Origin: Trichosphaerium sp. ATCC 40318 | Taxonomy: Eukaryota; Protista; Tubulinea | Direction: 5' to 3' | Assembly (NCBI GenBank): GCA_038496445.1 | Contig: JALMLS010000216.1 | Coordinates: forward strand, 372,001 to 436,000 | DNA: 64,000 bases | In this document: in pieces, positions 37,501 through 52,225 of the stretch | How the letters are laid out: each line of letters begins with the position of its first letter | Position numbering within the stretch: position 1 is the stretch's first letter | Made by a program: the position numbers and the translations under genes | The notes under the pieces: generated by a model | What the model saw: the letters and a program-made list of their open reading frames with translations, nothing else | The model's database searches: none | What the model was told of the DNA's origin: nothing

Positions 37501-38374
37501 AATGCATCCAGGTTTAACCCACGCAGGTAAAGATTTGAGTTTTCTTCCAGCATTGCTAAATGTTGTTGCAATGCTCGTCTTCTCGTTAACCTCAATGATA
37601 GCTACACGGACCCAAAGTTCTCTACTGGAGTCTTTTACAACATATAAAATAGACTCTATCACATACAATAAGCATAAAAATCCAAAAAACGAGAAAAGAA
37701 GGAATTTCAAAAAATTACCAATCTCGAATGCTGTTGACTGTATTTCAACCCTCTCAGAGCTTGTGCATCCAACTACCGTTGGAAAATTATCACGTAACGT
37801 CAAAGGCTCGAAAACGCCTGATGTAAGCGGTTAGTTGGATCAACAAAGCTCAATATAATACGCAGTTTAAAGACAACTTACTTTCTTGTTTGCTACTACT
37901 TTTTGAAGGTGCAAACACGAATACTCCCTATTTTAATTACGTGAGTAGTAGATAATACGGTTTTTAAAGTACCTGAGATGCTCTGTCGGTGTTTGACGAG
38001 GTTATAGTTGTGAGTGTACCTTAACGAGCTATGTGAAATTCTGACTACACTCGTATTATGCGTACGTTTACGCCAGTCGCCTGATAATTGCGCTGAGTAC
38101 TTCTGCTCTTCGTCTGCTACACTTTCTACTCTAGCGAAGCTATAAAAGCGATCTTTTGGAATTATATCTGATATCCTAGCGTTTCTACCGCTTTCACGAA
38201 ATTTTTGAACCCATGCCTAAGTTGCTGTCATTTAAAAAACCGCGCCAAGTAAATGGGTCGTACAGAGTTTGGGTTCGCTTTTACTTCATTTTCAATGGTT
38301 TTAAACTGCCTGAACAATGATGGTTTCTTCCCTCCAGTTCTAGGCTTCTTACTACGCGTACTTCGTCTTGACAT
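34554..38374 (-). CDS. ORC3: Origin recognition complex subunit 3
   Basis: LHTALVLAGVNVSDHDKTF; LVIIFEDFGHFKSIILQDII; LIIGLTT; FSPFKFLHDSFNHFTLSIDSF; C-terminal ARFALAVNELAVLGFI winged helix. Confidence 0.8.
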
Positions 38375-38506
38375 TGTAACAGCCTTACTGAGAAGTTTAG
38401 CGCTATTTTTTTTGAATAGTTTTGACGGTTTGGCCTCAAAAAGTTTAACTTGGCATTTTTCTTGAACGGCGTCTATTTATTTAGCGAATGAGGTGAGGTG
38501 GCATAA

Positions 38507-41500
38507 ATGGCCAATCTAGGTGTACGACAGCGCGCTTCAACCCCGTTTGACAAGGTTGTAGGTTATACTTCATGAGGAGTTCAGGAAGGTAGTAGAAAAC
38601 CCAATAGATGGCGTATTGGGTAATTAAAATAGCAAAGCCCAAAACAACACAATTTAATTTTATTTAGTGCAAAAACAGGACAGCACCCCTCTAGTGTGGC
38701 ATTTCGTAATAATTGGACCAACTAGCTCGCATTTTCAAGGTACAGAAAGTAGTTGGGCATTTTACCCTAATAATAAACGTGTAGGTGGCCGCTATCATGG
38801 CACTCTGACGTTCTCTGATGGTTACCCGAATAAGGCACCAATAATAATTTTCAAGACACCGAATGGCCGTTTAAAGATAGGAAGAGAGCTCTCTACAAGT
38901 GACTTCGCAGGTTCGTTGCAAAACTAAAGTTAGATGGCAAATGTTCGGTTAACCGTCCTGTAGTACAGTGGGATGCTAGACTTGGGGTGCTTGGGTAAGT
39001 TTTAGCACATTGTGATGTATTCTAACACTTTTCAAAGGCTCCTGAAAGAAATATTAGCATTTATGGCACGAGAGTGGGATTTCAGTGAATTATAACAAAT
39101 AACATACTTTTTAGCTAGGTACAGTGAAGACGCCAGGAAGTTTAAAGCCCGACCCAGAACTCAGTGCGTTACACGCTCCATTTGTTGACTTTCTCCCTTT
39201 TTTTACTTTTTGGGCTTTGCTCGTGTTAACACGCTCCTAGTAAGTGATTTGGCCGAGCATTCATTGGAGAGTATGCGAATAATTATTTAATAATTATCTA
39301 AGCATGTTTCTCAAGGCAGCAAAACGGATGCAACCTTTGTAGAATTATTTTCGCATTTATTGCCTTCAGCAGAACAAGATCGCCGACTCCACTTTAAAAT
39401 GAGCATGCAAATGGATGGTATTGCTCTCTACTTTTGTCAATATATAATTGCATTAAAAGCCTAATGGCATGTCATAGAATCAAGCACAGAAGAAGAAGAC
39501 GAAAAAGAAAAGGATGGTTATAAACCAGACTTGAAAGAAGCACCAAAGCAAGAATCACCAGTTATCGTCGAGAAAATCACAATGCCAACATTAGCGCGTA
39601 AGTCTATGGACACTCAAGACAGTACTAAGTGAGTCTTTTACCAGGGTATCCAAGTATGCGCCCACCATCAATCAGGAGTCCTGAGAAGGCATGCAGTAAT
39701 GATAGCCCTACTATGACAAGCTTTAAGCGTAGAATCCCTGAAATATTAGAACAAGTAAATGCTTCACTAAAAAAATCAGTCGCACATCTAACACAAGTGC
39801 CTATTGAAGATGCAACTATTCCAAAAGTTTCAATAATTGTACGTGTTTGAACTTTCTGATCTTTTGATTTCTTATGTGTAACTCTATCTCAGTCATTTCA
39901 TGCGCCTGGTGATCCAGATATTACACGGCTGTGCGGAAGGCAGAGACAAACAAAACCACCTACAGTGGTTTATTGCAAAATTCAAGTTGACTTGAGCTTA
40001 TGGAAAATTCTAAAGAAAGATTCACAATTTTTATCCGGTCTCAGTTCTGAGGCGTTACGAAAGAAAGCAAAGGCACAAGCAAATATTTTTCTGTGATTTT
40101 TTACTTACGTACAGTTATTATAGGAGGTGACAGATGTATTATTTGACAAGGTATTTTTGATGACATTTGGATTTATTGCCTCCAATAAATTGCTAACAAT
40201 GTTAGTTGATGAGTGTTGGACAAAAGAAGTATAGCATGAGGTTTATTATATCAGATATTAACTTATCAACAACTGAAGCATCAATGAGAGCCGTTTTTAA
40301 TGGTAAGGATGGTAATGGTAAAGCAATAAGCCGTGAAAAAGAGGTACAATATAATATTCTTTTATAAATGCTAGGAGTACATTTTTTACGCTCTAACGTA
40401 TTTCTTAATTAGCTTGAAGTGCTGAACTTGTCGTATACACCAACTTCTCACCGATCTCTTCTTGTTCTCCACAGGATGGTATTTGACAATTTAAAAGACA
40501 ATCAAAATTCTTAATAACGTTGCTTTAGATCAATTTACGTAAATTGTATTTGGATTTCTGTCCTTCTTTGCGGCGATCAGGAAAGAATATTTTTGATTTG
40601 CTTCTGAAAAAGGATCCTATACCTCACTTGCAAGTATTAAGCGTTGTTGGTACATCAAAAATACTATCAGACGATTGGCTTAAAAATGTGGACCTTAGCG
40701 GTCCTAGTATTGAGCGTGGTAAGTCAAAGATACGTGTTTTTTTTCATGTGTTTAATAAGAGATCTGTTAGTTTATTTTACACGTGTTCCCGGTACTAAAG
40801 CGCTTGGATGGAATGATGTTATAATGATGCAGACAATGCGTGATCCTGTTTTATTACCTTGTGGTCATATTGCTGATAGAGAAAGTATTCAAAAGTTTGG
40901 GAAGTGCAGGTACGTTAAGACTAAAATGACGCTTGTTTTGAAGCTATTTTGAGCATCTGTTAATCTAATATTTTAATAGCATCTGTCGTTGTGCCCTGCG
41001 ATCTCACCTTGTTTCTATTAATCCCGCAATTACCTGTGTATACAGACAGGGTACGCAACGTTTGTTTTATTGCTATGTAGATGTAAAGCGATCAAACTAG
41101 TTTGCTTATTTTATTCATTAGACAATGGATGGAAAGCGCACATTGTTGATACGCTGCGAAAACCGTTAGACGGTTGTGTTTTATTTCATCCAAGTTGTGG
41201 CGCTTTCTACAATTTAGTATCTCTTCAAAAGCTTTATAACATTGGGTTGGGTCATACATCAGCTGATGAGGAAGTTAGAAAGAGTGTAAAGGTGAATCTT
41301 TACGTGCAACTTTTATTTTTGACTTAAAAACGTAGGGATGCATTTGCTTTTGTTGTAAGAAGCGCATAAATAATATTAGATTGGTTTTTCCTCATTCTGT
41401 TGAGCCAAGCGATATAAAAGAGTTTTCCAACCTCACAGATATTTCAACTTACTCCAGTACGTTCCTTACGCATAAAAAACGCCACTTTTGATCGCGTAAC

Positions 41501-41635
41501 TGCTTGTTACATATTTTTATGTGAAGAACCTTTTTTTGGCGCGTTTTGTCTTTTTTGGGCATTTAGCCGAACGCTAACAACTTTAAAGAATTAGCTGATG
41601 ACCTAGAATTACAAGACTTCAAGTTGGAAGTGTAA
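38507..41635 (+). CDS. Ubc6/UBE2J-like E2-variant domain + LRR-like segment + two U-box/RING-like domains
   Basis: WHFVIIGPTSSHFQGGRYHGTLTFSDGYPNKAPIIIFKTPNGR; LEVLNLSYT / LRKLYLDFC; MRDPVLLPCGHIADRESI...C; LFHPSCGAFYN...CFCC. Confidence 0.7.
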
Positions 41636-42097
41636 AATTAAACAAAACATAAAAACGAAAATGCAACTACGTGTTACAAAGTTTTTGTAACTTCAAAAAA
41701 AAAAATTACTCCATGTGTGGGTTTGCTGCGTAGTACTATCCAATATGGGTAGAATGAACTCCATAAACGAGAAAAAAAAACCCTTCTGTTTATTTAAACA
41801 CCCGAATACAATACTCTCCCAATTCTTCCTTGAAATAATCTATTCAACCAACCTAAGACCCGTTTGTTTTAAAACTTGGAAAATACGATACTACGCAGTG
41901 CTTAAACGAAATTGAATGCACGGAAATCTCGCATGATGGGATATTTGGGTGGTGAAAAGAGTTTTTTTTGACGTCATTCGATAGTGAATAGCAACGTGTA
42001 GAGCGTTACTGTTTACGCAAAGGTTTTGGGTGGCTACCTTAACGGTTTGTGTTATGAAATTCCACTTTGGCTTTTAAAACCTGCATCACGTCACGAG

Positions 42098-43382
42098 ATG
42101 GACATACAAGACAACAACTCATGGTGGCTAGCGTGGCTAGTTGGTACCTATTCAACAGATGAACCAGTGGAAGAAATAGCGGGTTCACGCGAAGAAATTG
42201 AAGGTGGCTGGGAATATGTTTTTTCAGATGTTGAGCAAGTTGAACATAAGCTACTAGCAGAAAAGCAAAGCGCTAGGCGTGGAGAGTTAGAACAACTTGA
42301 GTACAGACTTTTGCGAACGCGCCGTGTTTCGAGAGTATGGCGTGGGAAGGCTAGAACGCTTCTAGCCACCTTACCAACGAATGAGCGCACCTACGCGAAC
42401 GTAGCGCTTGAAAGTTCGGGCCGCTACTCAATTATTAGTAACATAGTCAGACAATGCTGCGCTGGATGGTTAGAAGCGTTGAGAATTATTTATTGGCGTA
42501 AAAAAACAATGACGGAGGAAAACAAATTAAACTTTGATCACTTTGAAACGAGCGGTTTTTTCGAAAGACCTTATGAAAAGAATGTCCAAGGAAACCTCGT
42601 AGACGTTGGCTTCTTCGCTTCTCATGGTACGCGTTTTTATAACAGGAATTCTATACTTTGCTTCTTTTGGCTTTTTTCATGCATCACCACGCGTGGGTCA
42701 TAGTTTCCGCTATTTTTTAGGCGTTTAAATCATCACGTAGTCAAAAGCTTTTCAGCTGTAACATTAACACATAAAAGGAAGCGGAGAGGGAGGGCTAACG
42801 CCTAAAGTGCTCGCCGATCTTATTGGAAGTTTCGTTCAAGTGTTGTGTCAGGTCCGCGCTTTTTTTTCGTGAAACATTCAACTAATATTTTCACGCTAGT
42901 GTTTGGAAGATCGTATAATGCCGGAGACGCTCGGAGAGGCCGATTTACGTGAGTTAGAAGATAAGGTACTTGCACTGCTTTACGCGCCACTCCTAAATTT
43001 CTCCTACAAGGTTCTTGAATGCTTGCCAGTAGTTGTATCTCTATACATTGGCCGTGCGCGGAATGGTTGGCAAGCTGAGCAACGTGCAGGTATTCTACCT
43101 AAAAAATGGCAAGAAGAAGATCGATTGGAGAAATTACGTATTCAAGAGATAAAAGAACGAGTGCGTAGATGAAATAAAATTTGCAGCTACAAATCAAACT
43201 TTAAACTATCGGAAAACTCGCGTAATTTCGCTGATTGTAATAAAAAGCTCATTTTTTTTTGTTTACAGGGTGCTGATGCTAAATGGACACCTGGTTTCCT
43301 TGTAAAAAGCATAGAGCGCGTGTCACCGATGCAGTTAGAACAAATCAAAACCCTACTGAACCAGCGTTTTATTATCGCGTAA
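42098..43382 (+). CDS. Uncharacterised multi-exon protein
   Basis: Large first exon plus spliceable downstream exons ending QRFIIA. Confidence 0.5.
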
Positions 43383-44000
43383 ACAGATGTATTTTTACGC
43401 GATGTACATAGGCATCTTCCTCCTTGTAAGATGAACTCTTTTTGTAAAATGTTGATGCCACTCTGTATTACTAGTACTACCGCTTTTTTTTTGATAATGT
43501 AGCCGGTTGCAAAAATAAACGCAACAGCGCTAGTACCTATAAAAAAAAAACCAAAATAAATTAAAGCTTTAAGTACATTTGTTTTGTTTATTGTCTTCTC
43601 CAGTAGCTATTGAAAATCCTTCTTTTCTTAGTTTTTTTGTTAGCGCTATGTGATGCACAAGTGAACAATAGAATGGATTGAATATATTCGTAATGTGGGC
43701 GTTTCACATAAATAATACTACCTAAACTCCACCGGGTTGTAATTCAATTGTTCATTTTACTTCTCATTTTATGATGCTCATCTTTACGCAGCTGGCTGTA
43801 GATGCTCACATGTAACTCCATGATAACTTGACTACACACAACAAGTAGAAACTGGTAATGTTATCTTTTGTCATTTGTTGCCAAGCACGTGACTTAGTTC
43901 ATTTGAATTAAGTTGAGAAGTTTCAACTGACGTGGAGCATATCAGAAACGCTTCGTCCAAATAGTGATGGGTTTGAACGCCTCACACTTAAAATCGCATT

Positions 44001-44297
44001 ATGGGCACTACACGACGCCAAAGAAGAAACAGTACGTAAATTACAACGTATTTTCCACACAATGCTTTAAAACAGTTTATTTTGTACTCACGTATTAATG
44101 TAACAACTGAGACGTATTTTAACGCATTGACATTTTCTAGACAGCCCAACAACTTCAATGTGTTGCCAATAGAAGTCATCAACAATATTTTGAGCTTTTT
44201 ACCTCGAGAACGTTTCAACGCAGCTCAAACTTGCCACCTGTTATTCAATGTTGTGCAACAGTATTACCCAAAACTACCAAGCAGTAACAAAATGTAA
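44001..44297 (+). CDS. Minimal F-box-only protein or truncated F-box gene
   Basis: MGTTRRQRR, an intron, then QPNNFNVLPIEVINNILSFLPRERFNAAQTCHLL, similar to the F-box of 19019 and 32929; stop follows shortly after. Confidence 0.5.
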
Positions 44298-44686
44298 AAT
44301 ATCAAACGAACAAATAAAAGCACGTGTATACTATCTCGAATGCCTTTGTGTCACTGCATTCTGTCCTATACTTACAAAGGTAATAATGGAGCACTTGATA
44401 CTTGCTATACAATCAAAAAATTAACATAAGAGTGCGAAATGTCAAGTGCTATTGACTATGGTAAAAAAACTTACCATATAGCTTGTTCTAGATAGACACT
44501 CGAGAAGGAGGCATAATAAATCTAGAGTTGTTGTGCATACTAGGAACCTCAGCGTTGCAAACGCAAAGAGGAACAAGTGACGACTTCAAGTGGACGCAGC
44601 AAGTCCTACAGGGAAGAAAAGCTAAATTAACTGTTGAAACTTCTGCTTCACAGAAATCTTAACAGTTAATATTACTTAACTCCACA

Positions 44687-45660
44687 ATGACAGCATCACC
44701 AGCCAAATTAAACTTTGAAATAGTAGTTACGGACAACAATAAGCACTTAGTACAAGATATGGTTGATTTAGTTGCAAGGATAAACGAAAAAGCCAAATCA
44801 AACTCAACAGCTTCGACGGCACCATTTTCAAGGTTTGTAGGCGACAAATTAAACCAAAACGGCGAATTCAGCTATTTCCCAGGTACGAAAGACTCTTAAA
44901 CGCCAAGTAAGCCTCTCATTCTATTACTAACTGTCCTTGACGCCCAACAAAGGTGTTACGATTGTATGCGATACACTTTCAAGCAGGTTTTTTGGTAAAC
45001 TTGTAGAACTTCACAACTATTTAAGACGTACGTCTGTTAACACTTGTATCCATCTTGACTATAGCTATAGGCAGTAAACTTGCGCCATATTTTTCTATAC
45101 TACCTATATCAAGCCTACACATGACACGCACGTGATTTTATATGTCACTTACAAGATCCTTTGTTCAAACTTTTTTGTTACTAGTTTTTGACCTTATTAC
45201 ATTACGTTGTAAAAAAAAGGGTTCCAAGTGGACCGATGCTGGATTTAATAATGATACAACTATACAACAAGTCACTCAAGCTATGAAAGAACGTATTAAA
45301 CCTCTAATGGCTCAAGAAAAAGTAGTACCATCAACTTTTTCAATGCGTGCACTTGGCCTTACTGAAAACTCATCTTGCATCACTGTCTCCCTTGTATCAG
45401 CAGATAAAAATACAGAAGAACGTTTACGTTTATGGAGAGCACATGCAAGTAAACATACAGGTATTGTGAACAATCCACATTATAGATTTCATGTATCTCT
45501 TGCATATGCTTTCAGGACTTTGCCTCAAGAACTATATGAAGAAATGAACTTATTTCGTGAAAAATCAAAAAAATGCCTTCAAGAACTTGGTGTTGTTTAT
45601 GTAAGTGGACCTTATCTTGCTTGGTTTGAATCAATGGCTGCATTTCATCAAGTGCAATAA
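44687..45660 (+). CDS. DUF1868-type 2H phosphoesterase
   Basis: KLNQNGEFSYFPGVTIVC; first 2H motif LPISSLHMT; second motif YRFHVSLAY. Confidence 0.75.
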
Positions 45661-46499
45661 ATACTGCCTGCAATTCACTACCATCCTAAGTATCTTCATA
45701 CAATTGCTACTGGCTTGAGCGGGTTCTTTCAGTCCAACAGTAATATTAATGTAGACAAATAAAATCAACTGAATGTTGTGTTTAATGGCTAAGTGAAACT
45801 TCTGATGCCAAGCCTCATTTTGGTTGTACGGATGCAACAATGTTGTTAAAAATCGTGACACACTCCTCTCCTTGAAACAATATTCGTTCTACAGTCACAA
45901 GATTGGTATGTTGTACACCGACAATCTTTCTCCATTGCCCACATGAATTCTTCCTAGCCAGTTTGCTAGACCTAAACATATCTGTTTCCATTGTTGCAGT
46001 AGTTTTGTTTGTAATGGCAACGGAGTAAACTCACATGAATTGGAACACTGTTGAATGCAAGGGGCAACCCGATGGCAACTCAGAGCACATGGCTTGGTGG
46101 AACTATGTTGGGTGCTATTATTCTCCCAGCATCACCTTTATCCTTAAGCATGTACTGGTTGTTCTTCATAGAATGGATCCCAAAGTTGCTGACTTGCTGA
46201 AAGATCAACAATTGAAGTACACATCGCTACTGCTTGTAAACTACTGACAGCAGTTTGGTAAATTTGTTGTTTTGATACTAGAACTATTCCTTTATTGTTT
46301 CGTAAATTTAATCCTACACTCTGATAAGAATCATCTCAGCTGTTAGGGGTTGACCTGGTCCAACAATCAATTGTAAAAAGTGCGTTCCTATGAATTTACA
46401 TTGACTGTCTCATCATTTTCTGTGAATGTGGCTTCAGGAGAATTTAAACCGATTAAAATATTGTTACAAGTACAACACCTAGTACTACAATACATAGAT

Positions 46500-47614
46500 A
46501 TGGCAAAGGTTTTCAAAGACCGCTTTGGAAAGTCTTTATACTCAACTTTCCGTCCAACGTACCCAAAACATGTATTCGAACGTGTTATAGCGCATGTACC
46601 AAAAGGTGACAAGCGGGCAAACTGTTTCTTATTTTAAATTACTTACCTCGCTATTAGACAAGAGAAAAGTATGTGTAGACGTAGGATGTGGTCCTGCTAC
46701 AGCAACGAAAGGGTTAGCTCGTTATTTTGAAAAGGTGACACTCTAAACTCAGCGAAAATAAAACTTTGCTTAAAAAAAGACAAAGCGTCTAACTTAGCGT
46801 AGGTCATCGGTGTAGAACCAAGTAAAGGACTGCTAGACTCAATAAAAGATGCGCCAGGTAGTATTAGTTCCTAACAAGAACCAAAAAAACGTCACGTGCT
46901 AATGAAAAACAGATAACTGTGATTTTATTATCGGTGATTGTACGGACCTAAAAGTAGCGAACAACAGCGCTAACTTGGTTGTCGCTGCACAAGCGGCTCA
47001 TTGGTAACAATATAAGTAAGTTGTGGTTTCTCTAATGAGAACTTAGGTTCAACTTCGCTGCATTTTGGGGTGAGGCGCAGCGAGTGTTGGGTGAGAAGAA
47101 CATACTGTGATTGCTCCTTTACGAACTTATGTAGTGCATGATGGACAGCTCATACTTTGGGGCTATGGTATCCCTAAGCTTTTGCATAAAGGCGCTGGCC
47201 CTATATTCGCTGAGGTAACCGTGTCTGGATAATCTTGTAATGACGTTTTGGATTAGTTCTATGACATGACTTTACCTTTCTGGGATGCTGAGAGAACACA
47301 TGTTCATGAACGCTATGCTAACATAAAACCCAATTTCCCAAAAGTCGATAGAGAAGAGTCTTCAATGCAACATGAGATGAAGGCGCAAGATGTCTTGGGA
47401 TATGTTGGTACGTGGAGTGTCATAAAGAAGATGAAAGACAGTAAACCAGACAGTGATCCTGTCAACATGCTTAAAGAAAAGTGCGTATTTTATATCACAT
47501 GCATCTATACTTGTAGTATCCTAACTCTCAACAAATAGGCTGCAAAGTGTAATCAGCTTAGAGACACCAGTGACTATCGAATGGCCACTCTTTTTTGTCA
47601 TTGGAAAAAAATGA
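46500..47614 (+). CDS. Class I SAM-dependent methyltransferase (Tmt1/Crg1-like)
   Basis: YSTFRPTYP; VDVGCGPAT; VIGVEPS; VAAQAAHWF; YVGTWS; EWPLF. Confidence 0.85.
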
Positions 47615-47783
47615 CAACACTTGATATGATTCACTAATCAATAGCGTAAATGCATACACTGTTTAACAATAAACCGAGACATAGATCTTGATGAAAAAAA
47701 TCAAGAACAGAAACAATAAAATGACTTATTCGATTTTTGCTTGCTTAACTTTTGTTTTCTTCTCATTGAATCAGAACAACACT

Positions 47784-48645
<862 letters not shown>

Positions 48646-49245
48646 ACCAAAAAGTTTAGCCTTAGAACCTTTTGTTTCTAAAGACTCTGTTATCTCTGTT
48701 GTGCTCCCTTTACAGAGTTTTACAAAAATAAAACTTTTCGGGTTTTAAAAAGAACTGTTCGGTTTGGTGTAAGTACATTTATAAAAGTGAGCAAAACAAC
48801 CAGTAGGTAGAGGAAAAAATACTCCAGACAGTTATCGATGAAACAGCAATAATTTGGTGTGGCTGTTTTCTCACGTGAAAAACCTACAAAAAAGACGAAA
48901 CTACCTCCCAGCACGTGTTTTCTAGTGAAGAAGGTTCTTTTCCAAGCCGTTTGACAAAAAAAAAAAAAGGAACTGAGATGTCTGATTCTCTTTTTTTCTC
49001 AATTCTTAAAGAATTACTGCGAGCGTCTATACCTTATAAGGAGAGCCCTGTGTGGTACTTCTTTGTGTGAAAAAAAAGTGCGATATGACACGTCCTTCGC
49101 GCGTACATGCGTTCACGGTATCGATTGATGAACGACATAACGAATCTCAACATTTCAAAAAAAACGGTTTTGTAAGCGTTTTTATCTTTGTTTTACTTTT
49201 TACTATTGTACATATACATTAAATGATTGGTGAGGGTATAGTTTG

Positions 49246-49734
49246 TCATTGTATCGTTTCTACGTGGTTTTCAGTCAAGTCCAAAAGTGCTTGAAGCACT
49301 TTCTTTAGTTGCTGCTCTGTGAATGTCCTATCTGACCACGCCTCAGTAGATTCCCAAGAAGAGAATCTTGCATCCAAAGAAGGATCAACAATTTGACCTT
49401 GTTCGTATAAAACAACACCATACGAAATATCTTTCTTCCTAAACGAACTTGAGAATTAACAAAAAGCCAAACAAAATCCAAAAAATAAAAAGTTGGTTGG
49501 TTTTATGTTTTAGTCTATTTCTTCGCCGTACGTGAATTTATCCCTCCACTGATAGTCTGGGCATGTAGGTAGCATTGTTTTTATAGCATATACACGCACA
49601 CAAAACGTTCCTATGTACAAGGGGAAGAACATTGTTATAACATCTCCACGACTCAGAACGCTTTGTCCATCTGATTGTAGTTTAAATTGTGCTTCTTGAT
49701 ATTGTGAAAAATCTTTAGATGATTGTACCGACAT
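49246..49734 (-). CDS. Small hypothetical two-exon protein
   Basis: ORF 49510-49734 splices in frame to an exon ending NHVETIQ. Confidence 0.4.
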
Positions 49735-50730
49735 ATTTTTTTTAAATATTATTACGAACGTTAAGAAAATACCCTAGTTTTCGCACATGTGTATGTTAAG
49801 CCAAGTATACACGTATGACATTCAATGCTACTCATACGTAATAGCTTGACTCTTGAGCAAACTTTGTTGTATTTGTACCGGTACATCTTTGGAAGATTAA
49901 GTCTTATTTCCTAGTGACTCCAAAAATGAGAAGTGTCAGAACAATAATAATTGTATTACAAAACAGTGTGCTTGATTTACAAAATGGGACGTCACATTAC
50001 ACCATTTCAAACACTTTGTGAGTATTTATTGACCCCGTTTTGTTTTTTCCTCCTCACATTCTTTGTGAAACTCAAATAAAATCCAACGAGATACCAAATA
50101 GATTTCTCGTATATCTAGCTGTTTTTAATCTTACTACTACCAGTATCGTAATAATGAAACTGCCAACCTCTCGCTTGTTAAAACTTTGATCATGGTCACT
50201 GCGACGCTTTACATCAAAGAACACGCTCGTGGTGGTGTTGTGTTGTAGCTTAAAAAGAATTTGGGCGCTAGCTCCCAATACACAATACACCGGACTGTTA
50301 AAAGAAGCGGTATCTACTGCTATAACACGGTTACAAGCGTAGCGTTCCGGACCACCAGATCATATGTGTATTGATGTTTGTCGTCATTTGTGTATGCACG
50401 GGAACAGAGGAACACTGTAGCCAACATTTGCTTTCGAATGATGAAAGTAGTAAAATTATTTTAATGTGATTTTTTTTTAAATACATGCCGCTGTATATCT
50501 ATGAAGATCAGTAGCACTACGCCCATAAGCTTTCAGATACGTACTATATTGTATTCAATCCAAAATTATTATCTGTAGGCATGATGAATCCACAGTAATC
50601 GCTGACAAGTCATGAAGTAATGGACGTTTTCAGGCGGATAAAAAGAAAATTGTAAATTCTTATAGCCTAACTGCATGACTGGTACCATCTTCAACCACTT
50701 CAGCGGGTATTTAAAGTGTAAATTTGCGCA

Positions 50731-51863
50731 ATGAAACGGACGAAAAGCGCAGAACGAGCTTTCAATGTACCTACGTGGACAAGTTATGCGAATGCATCAT
50801 GGTAAGTTACTCGAGAGTGTAGATGTGGAACATACCAGCGAATACTCTAGCCACTACCATCCTGGTCAAGTACCGCTGTTTCAATTTCGAACCTGCTTTA
50901 ATACGTACCAACACCCCAAACACACAGCAGGGAGGGTAGTATATATATACGAGGGATGCGTCACCAACGCCTCGTGGCACTCTGGAAACAATTTGTTTGG
51001 TTCCTTTAAAGTGAGTTTTACTTTTACTTGCTACATTTCGTTTGCTCATCCTTCTAATGCTCCTCTCTTTTATTAGTTTCGTTTGCTATTGACGTATATG
51101 CATTGTGTTGGCTCACGAAGTAAGTCATGGAGAGAAGGGAATTCATTTTGTGATCCTATCATGTTACCTAACTGCAATTAAACAGCACACCCGCAAAGGT
51201 ATTTAAACTTGTTGTTTTGGTTCTTACGGTTGATACATAGGTTGGCAAAGTAGAAAGAGGACACCTGTCAGTCATTGGATCTGTTAAAGGCGGGCGTAAA
51301 GAATTCACAATTGAAATGAAGTCAGATGATTTCAGGTTCATCAAAACTGAAAGCAATGGCGGTAACAACGGAAACAATGGTGGTAACAACGGCGGCAATA
51401 ACAATGGCGGCAATAACAATGACGGCAATAACCGTGGAACCAATGGCGGTAACAACAGGGATAGCAACAGAAACAACAACAACTGTCCAGGCAAACGTGA
51501 TCTGTAAGTTGTTTTTATTGAACTCTTTTTTTTGTTTTTTTTTTGCTTATTTTATGCCCTAGTGAATCACAAAGCAAGGCTTTGATTCTCAAAGAACCAA
51601 CAGAAATGATCAGAGGTTCTAAGTACGTTATGCCTGTCCGATACTGTGCTGTTGAAGATAGTGTTGTTCAAGTCTTAATGAGGAACAAATTGAAGCCAAT
51701 CTCAACTGGTTAATCTAGATCTCCCACCATAACATATCATCAAAACAGATTATGTTCTTGCCTGAGTTCTATGTTAAGAATTAATGTTTAGAGCGAATTT
51801 GATATCGCAGCTTGTATTTCAACAAGTGCACGACAAGTAATTTTAACCTTCGTGTTCAAATAA
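50731..51863 (+). CDS. Hypothetical protein with an Asn/Gly-rich linker; 5' structure unresolved
   Basis: Exons VGKVERGH...NGGNNGNNGG...CP and ESQSKALILKEP; upstream exons are ambiguous. Confidence 0.35.
51355..51483 (+). repeat. Coding low-complexity NNGG repeat
   Basis: AAC/AAT/GGC/GGT runs. Confidence 0.7.
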
Positions 51864-52225
51864 AAGCCAAGCATTTTTTGCCTCAAGACCGTTTACGTTA
51901 TCAAGAGTTACATTTCACCCAACATTCCTGAACAAGGGGTTTGCACTACATTTCGCGAAATTTGGCGGCATGTTGTATTTCTTCGAAATCTGTTCTTTTG
52001 AATCCTTTTGTACAATATTTTTGCGGAAAACAGCATTGTTTAGTCAATCGTAGCTCTAATCAATTTCGAAAAGTAGTGCAAACCCAAATACATACCTGTT
52101 TACACGTACTAAAAACAAGCTACGAATCCATAGAACAGGTTGAAGAACTTCAGAAGCGAAAAAAAACGAGCACGTGGTTTCTTCAAATTAAGTTGAGACA
52201 CCAATTTGGTTGTATTTTATTCAGA

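Noticed and set aside
45660-46330. Coding-like sequence between the 2H phosphoesterase and the methyltransferase
   Set aside because: All frames contain stops and no family could be recognised; it may be a decayed gene but cannot be supported.
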